Part shown: in pieces, positions 25,778 to 28,359 of the stretch
Layout: each line of letters opens with the position of its first letter
Numbering within the stretch: the first letter of the stretch is position 1
NCBI GenBank assembly: GCA_013375475.1
Contig: JABXKD010000035.1
Coordinates: forward strand, 1 to 28,359
Direction of reading: 5' to 3'
Source of the DNA: Promethearchaeota archaeon
Lineage (GTDB): Archaea > Asgardarchaeota > Lokiarchaeia > Sigyniarchaeales > SOKP01
Length of the DNA: 28,359 nt
The notes under the pieces: model-generated
What the model saw: only the letters and a program-made list of their open reading frames with translations
Databases searched by the model: none
What the model was told of the DNA's origin: nothing
Program-made: the position numbers and the translations under genes

Positions 25778-26116
25778 ATGGAAATATTAAAGCTTAAAGA
25801 AAAAGTAATAAACCTTACGGATGAGCAAATAAATAGTTTGTATTCGTTTGCCAGTAGAGTAACCCAAGAAACTATTGATGAGTTAGCTCCAATCCTATTA
25901 GAAACTTGTTTAAAAGCCGAATCAGGTATTTTAAAAAATGAATTAGGGCGAGTAATTTTTCATCTTCAAAAAACAGAGAGATTAAATACCCGAATTGGTT
26001 TTGAAAAATTATTACATGGAGCCTTAAAAGTCGATGCTAAAGAAGTCTTTAAGGTTCTTGAATCCGGAGCCTCAGACGCTAAGGATTTAGTTGGTAGAAT
26101 TAAAACTGTATTATAA
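25778..26116 (+). CDS. Hypothetical all-alpha protein (about 112 aa)
   Basis: Amphipathic helical pattern, GTGAT RBS-like element before ATG 25778, TATA-like TTTAAATA at about 25702. Confidence 0.8.
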   Translation: MEILKLKEKVINLTDEQINSLYSFASRVTQETIDELAPILLETCLKAESGILKNELGRVIFHLQKTERLNTRIGFEKLLHGALKVDAKEVFKVLESGASDAKDLVGRIKTVL

Positions 26117-26154
26117 GGAAAAAGTTTTTTTTTACTTCTCATTTTATTAAATTA

Positions 26155-26436
26155 ATGGCTAGTCGAGATACTCAGTCTGATTTAGATAAAGCTTGGGAGC
26201 ATTACGAGAAAATCCGAGACTCTCTAAACGGATTATACGAAATTCTACAAATGAATTTGGATGAGGGGAACATATTTTACCAATGCGCAGTTGATAACCT
26301 CGAGATTTTAAAGGAAACAATTATTGATCTATTGAAAAAGGATTACAATCCCTCCGAAATTAAGATTAAATTGCGAGAATTAGAATTTGACATGAAAAAA
26401 ACACTTTTTTTCGAGAAGAAAGAGAAACAGAAATAA
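26155..26436 (+). CDS. Hypothetical helical-bundle protein (93 aa)
   Basis: ATG-started and co-directional, 38 bp after the previous gene, with a heptad-like hydrophobic pattern. Confidence 0.8.
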   Translation: MASRDTQSDLDKAWEHYEKIRDSLNGLYEILQMNLDEGNIFYQCAVDNLEILKETIIDLLKKDYNPSEIKIKLRELEFDMKKTLFFEKKEKQK

Positions 26437-26602
26437 TTAATTCCAACAAATCTATTAGCTTTATTCCCGAACTGTTAATTTTTACATTTTCTTAGCTTTG
26501 GATTTTAAATATCACTCTCATTCTTAAAGGTGATTGAAACAGTTTAAATTAAAGTTATTTTATATATTTATAAGTAAATTAAAAATAAAGAGGGATTATG
26601 AA

Positions 26603-27307
26603 GTGTTAACTTTTTTTGGGTGGATAGATGGGATTACTGCTTCTGGAGTTGTTATCTTTGGCTTTATTTTTGGGCTTTTTTTCTTATATAAATCGAGAAA
26701 GACTAACGCCAAAATTCTAACAATATTAGGTATAGTAAATATATTAGCGGGACTTATGTACTTAGGGGTTTTTACTGATTTTCTCGTAGTTCTGGCAACA
26801 GGGTCCAACTTAGATAATTCTTATGGTTTAGTTGGGATATTAAGTTACATTTGGTTTGCCCCCGTAGTGATTCTTGCTTTGTACATAGGAGTAGAACTAT
26901 TGATACCAAAGAGAAAGTGGTACCTAATGGTAATAATTATTGTTATATGCATCTTATTTGAAATTCTTTTCTTCATGGATCCGATGGGCACTTTCAATTT
27001 TGTTCCTCTACTTATTGCAGGAGAATTATTAATTGATTATAATGTAAACATGTTTACGCCAGCTGGAATAATAATGGCCTTAATGTTGCTTTTAATTTTA
27101 GTAATTCTTGGATTTGGTTTTTTAATAAAAAGTTTTCAGTCGACAGGTATTTTGAAAAAGAAATTCTTTTACTTATCCGCGGGCTCAATCTGCTTCTGCA
27201 TTTTTGGATTACTGGAGGGTCTAACAGAACCAGGATTTATGGTAATTTTCGTAAGAATCGGTTATCTCATTAGTTTTTGGCTGATGTATTATGGTTTAAG
27301 AGATTAA
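26603..27307 (+). CDS. Hypothetical 7-TM membrane protein
   Basis: About seven hydrophobic segments with short loops. The likely start is GTG 26603 after AGAGGGA (the ORF track uses 26534). Confidence 0.8.
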   Translation: MLTFFGWIDGITASGVVIFGFIFGLFFLYKSRKTNAKILTILGIVNILAGLMYLGVFTDFLVVLATGSNLDNSYGLVGILSYIWFAPVVILALYIGVELLIPKRKWYLMVIIIVICILFEILFFMDPMGTFNFVPLLIAGELLIDYNVNMFTPAGIIMALMLLLILVILGFGFLIKSFQSTGILKKKFFYLSAGSICFCIFGLLEGLTEPGFMVIFVRIGYLISFWLMYYGLRD

Positions 27308-27418
27308 AATTATCTTTCAAATCTTATTTTTCTTTTTTGTCGATTTAAAAGGCAAAATAAAAATTGGTTTATTTATTTTCCCAATTAACATTTATTAATT
27401 GATATTTGGGTACTTTTT

Positions 27419-28359
27419 TTGTCTAAACTTAAATCTGCAATCGATGAAATTGATGGTGTTTACCGAATTAAAATTGATGTCCCTTTTCAAGTGAAATTCG
27501 TATGCAGTTACCTATTTAAATTAGAGGACCAAACTGTTCTAATCGATGCAGGTTTCAATAGTCCCTCATGGAAGAAGAAATTTATACAAGAAATCAACAA
27601 TGTTGGATTTAATATTGAGGATATCAATATTTGCATAATAACCCATAACCATCTAGACCATATTGGGCTAATTCAAGAATTTAAGGAGAAGAACCCCCAG
27701 TTAAAGATAGTTATGCATAACATAACTAATAAACTCTTAGAGTGGGAAACAGATAGATCAAATAAGGAAGAAATTGAAAAAAAAGCTACTAAAATTTCTT
27801 TAGAAATGAAGAAATATGGGTTGAGTGAAGAGGAAAGGTTAAGAATTGTACAATTTTTTACCTACTGGCCTAGTTTAAGGAGACATTACCCACCAGATAA
27901 AATTGTGCATGATGGTGATAAGATTTTAAACGATCTAGAAATAATATGGACCCCAGGTCATAGTTTTGGGCATATTTGTATTTTTAACTCAAAAAAGAAA
28001 TATCTTTTCAGCGGTGATCATATTTTAAGTCGCATTACACCACACATAGGCAATTTTGTTATACCTGATTTTCTCGCTGATGAATATATAGACTATAATT
28101 TCAAGAACGTACTTGATCAATACCTTCAATCATTAGATAGAATTGATATGTTGAATCCTAAAGTTATCTTTCCCGCTCATCAAGATATAATCTTTAATCC
28201 CCATGAGAGAATTAAAGCAATAAAAGAACACCACGCGAATAGGCTTAACGATATTTCTAAAGTAATAAAAAAAAATCCATTAACCCCAAGAAAGATATCT
28301 CGAATTCACTTTGGTGAAGATTTGGACGAAATTAACTCGTTTATGGCTTTAAGTGAAGT
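27419..28359 (+). CDS. MBL-fold metallo-hydrolase, 3' end truncated by the window edge
   Basis: Absent from the ORF track. From TTG 27419 it reads (M)SKLKSAIDEIDGVYRIKIDVPF...VLIDAG...ITHNHLDHIG (HxHxDH)...TPGHSFGH...FSGDHILSRITPH...FPAH, open to the window end. Confidence 0.92.
   Translation, partial: MSKLKSAIDEIDGVYRIKIDVPFQVKFVCSYLFKLEDQTVLIDAGFNSPSWKKKFIQEINNVGFNIEDINICIITHNHLDHIGLIQEFKEKNPQLKIVMHNITNKLLEWETDRSNKEEIEKKATKISLEMKKYGLSEEERLRIVQFFTYWPSLRRHYPPDKIVHDGDKILNDLEIIWTPGHSFGHICIFNSKKKYLFSGDHILSRITPHIGNFVIPDFLADEYIDYNFKNVLDQYLQSLDRIDMLNPKVIFPAHQDIIFNPHERIKAIKEHHANRLNDISKVIKKNPLTPRKISRIHFGEDLDEINSFMALSE

Noticed and set aside
1633-26808. Short ORFs antisense to or nested in larger genes (e.g. 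1633-1830, 3064-3261, 3416-3655, 3674-3865, 3958-4167, 4289-4501, 5192-5386, 5474-5671, 6425-6649, 10162-10356, 11422-11613, 12210-12467, 13463-13732, 15964-16149, 17170-17358, 19148-19498, 20094-20294, 20458-20655, 21551-21733, 23299-23589, 24313-24627, 26596-26808)
   Set aside because: These are shadow ORFs overlapping well-supported genes, with no independent motifs.

Overview
AT-rich archaeal chromosomal window. Gene content, an archaeal-type tRNA-Pro (G1:C72, A73, no encoded CCA), TATA-like promoters, GGTGA/GGAGG ribosome-binding sites, an MglA-like GTPase and short multi-TM hypotheticals suggest an Asgard archaeon, probably Lokiarchaeia (inference). It encodes a convergent diaminopimelate-pathway lysine cluster (dapF-lysA >< dapB-dapA), an ADP-ribosylglycohydrolase, archaemetzincin, tRNA-Pro(TGG), an FwdF-like polyferredoxin with a TIGR04076 protein, a heat-shock operon (Hsp20-like, Cdc48, HSR1/Phr-like regulator, zincin), an MglA-like GTPase, a folate-independent core methionine synthase (MesC-like), a radical SAM protein, an orphan N6-adenine DNA methyltransferase, a flavin-disulfide oxidoreductase, a 3-hydroxyacyl-CoA dehydrogenase, metV-metF, several membrane and unknown proteins, and two truncated edge genes. 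The most notable signals outside the ORF track are (1) a ~110-nt structured RNA candidate with box C/D and kink-turn motifs plus an extra 5' hairpin between lysA and dapB, and (2) a 14-bp-periodic repeat array over the heat-shock operon promoter. No CRISPR array, rRNA gene or transposase was seen.
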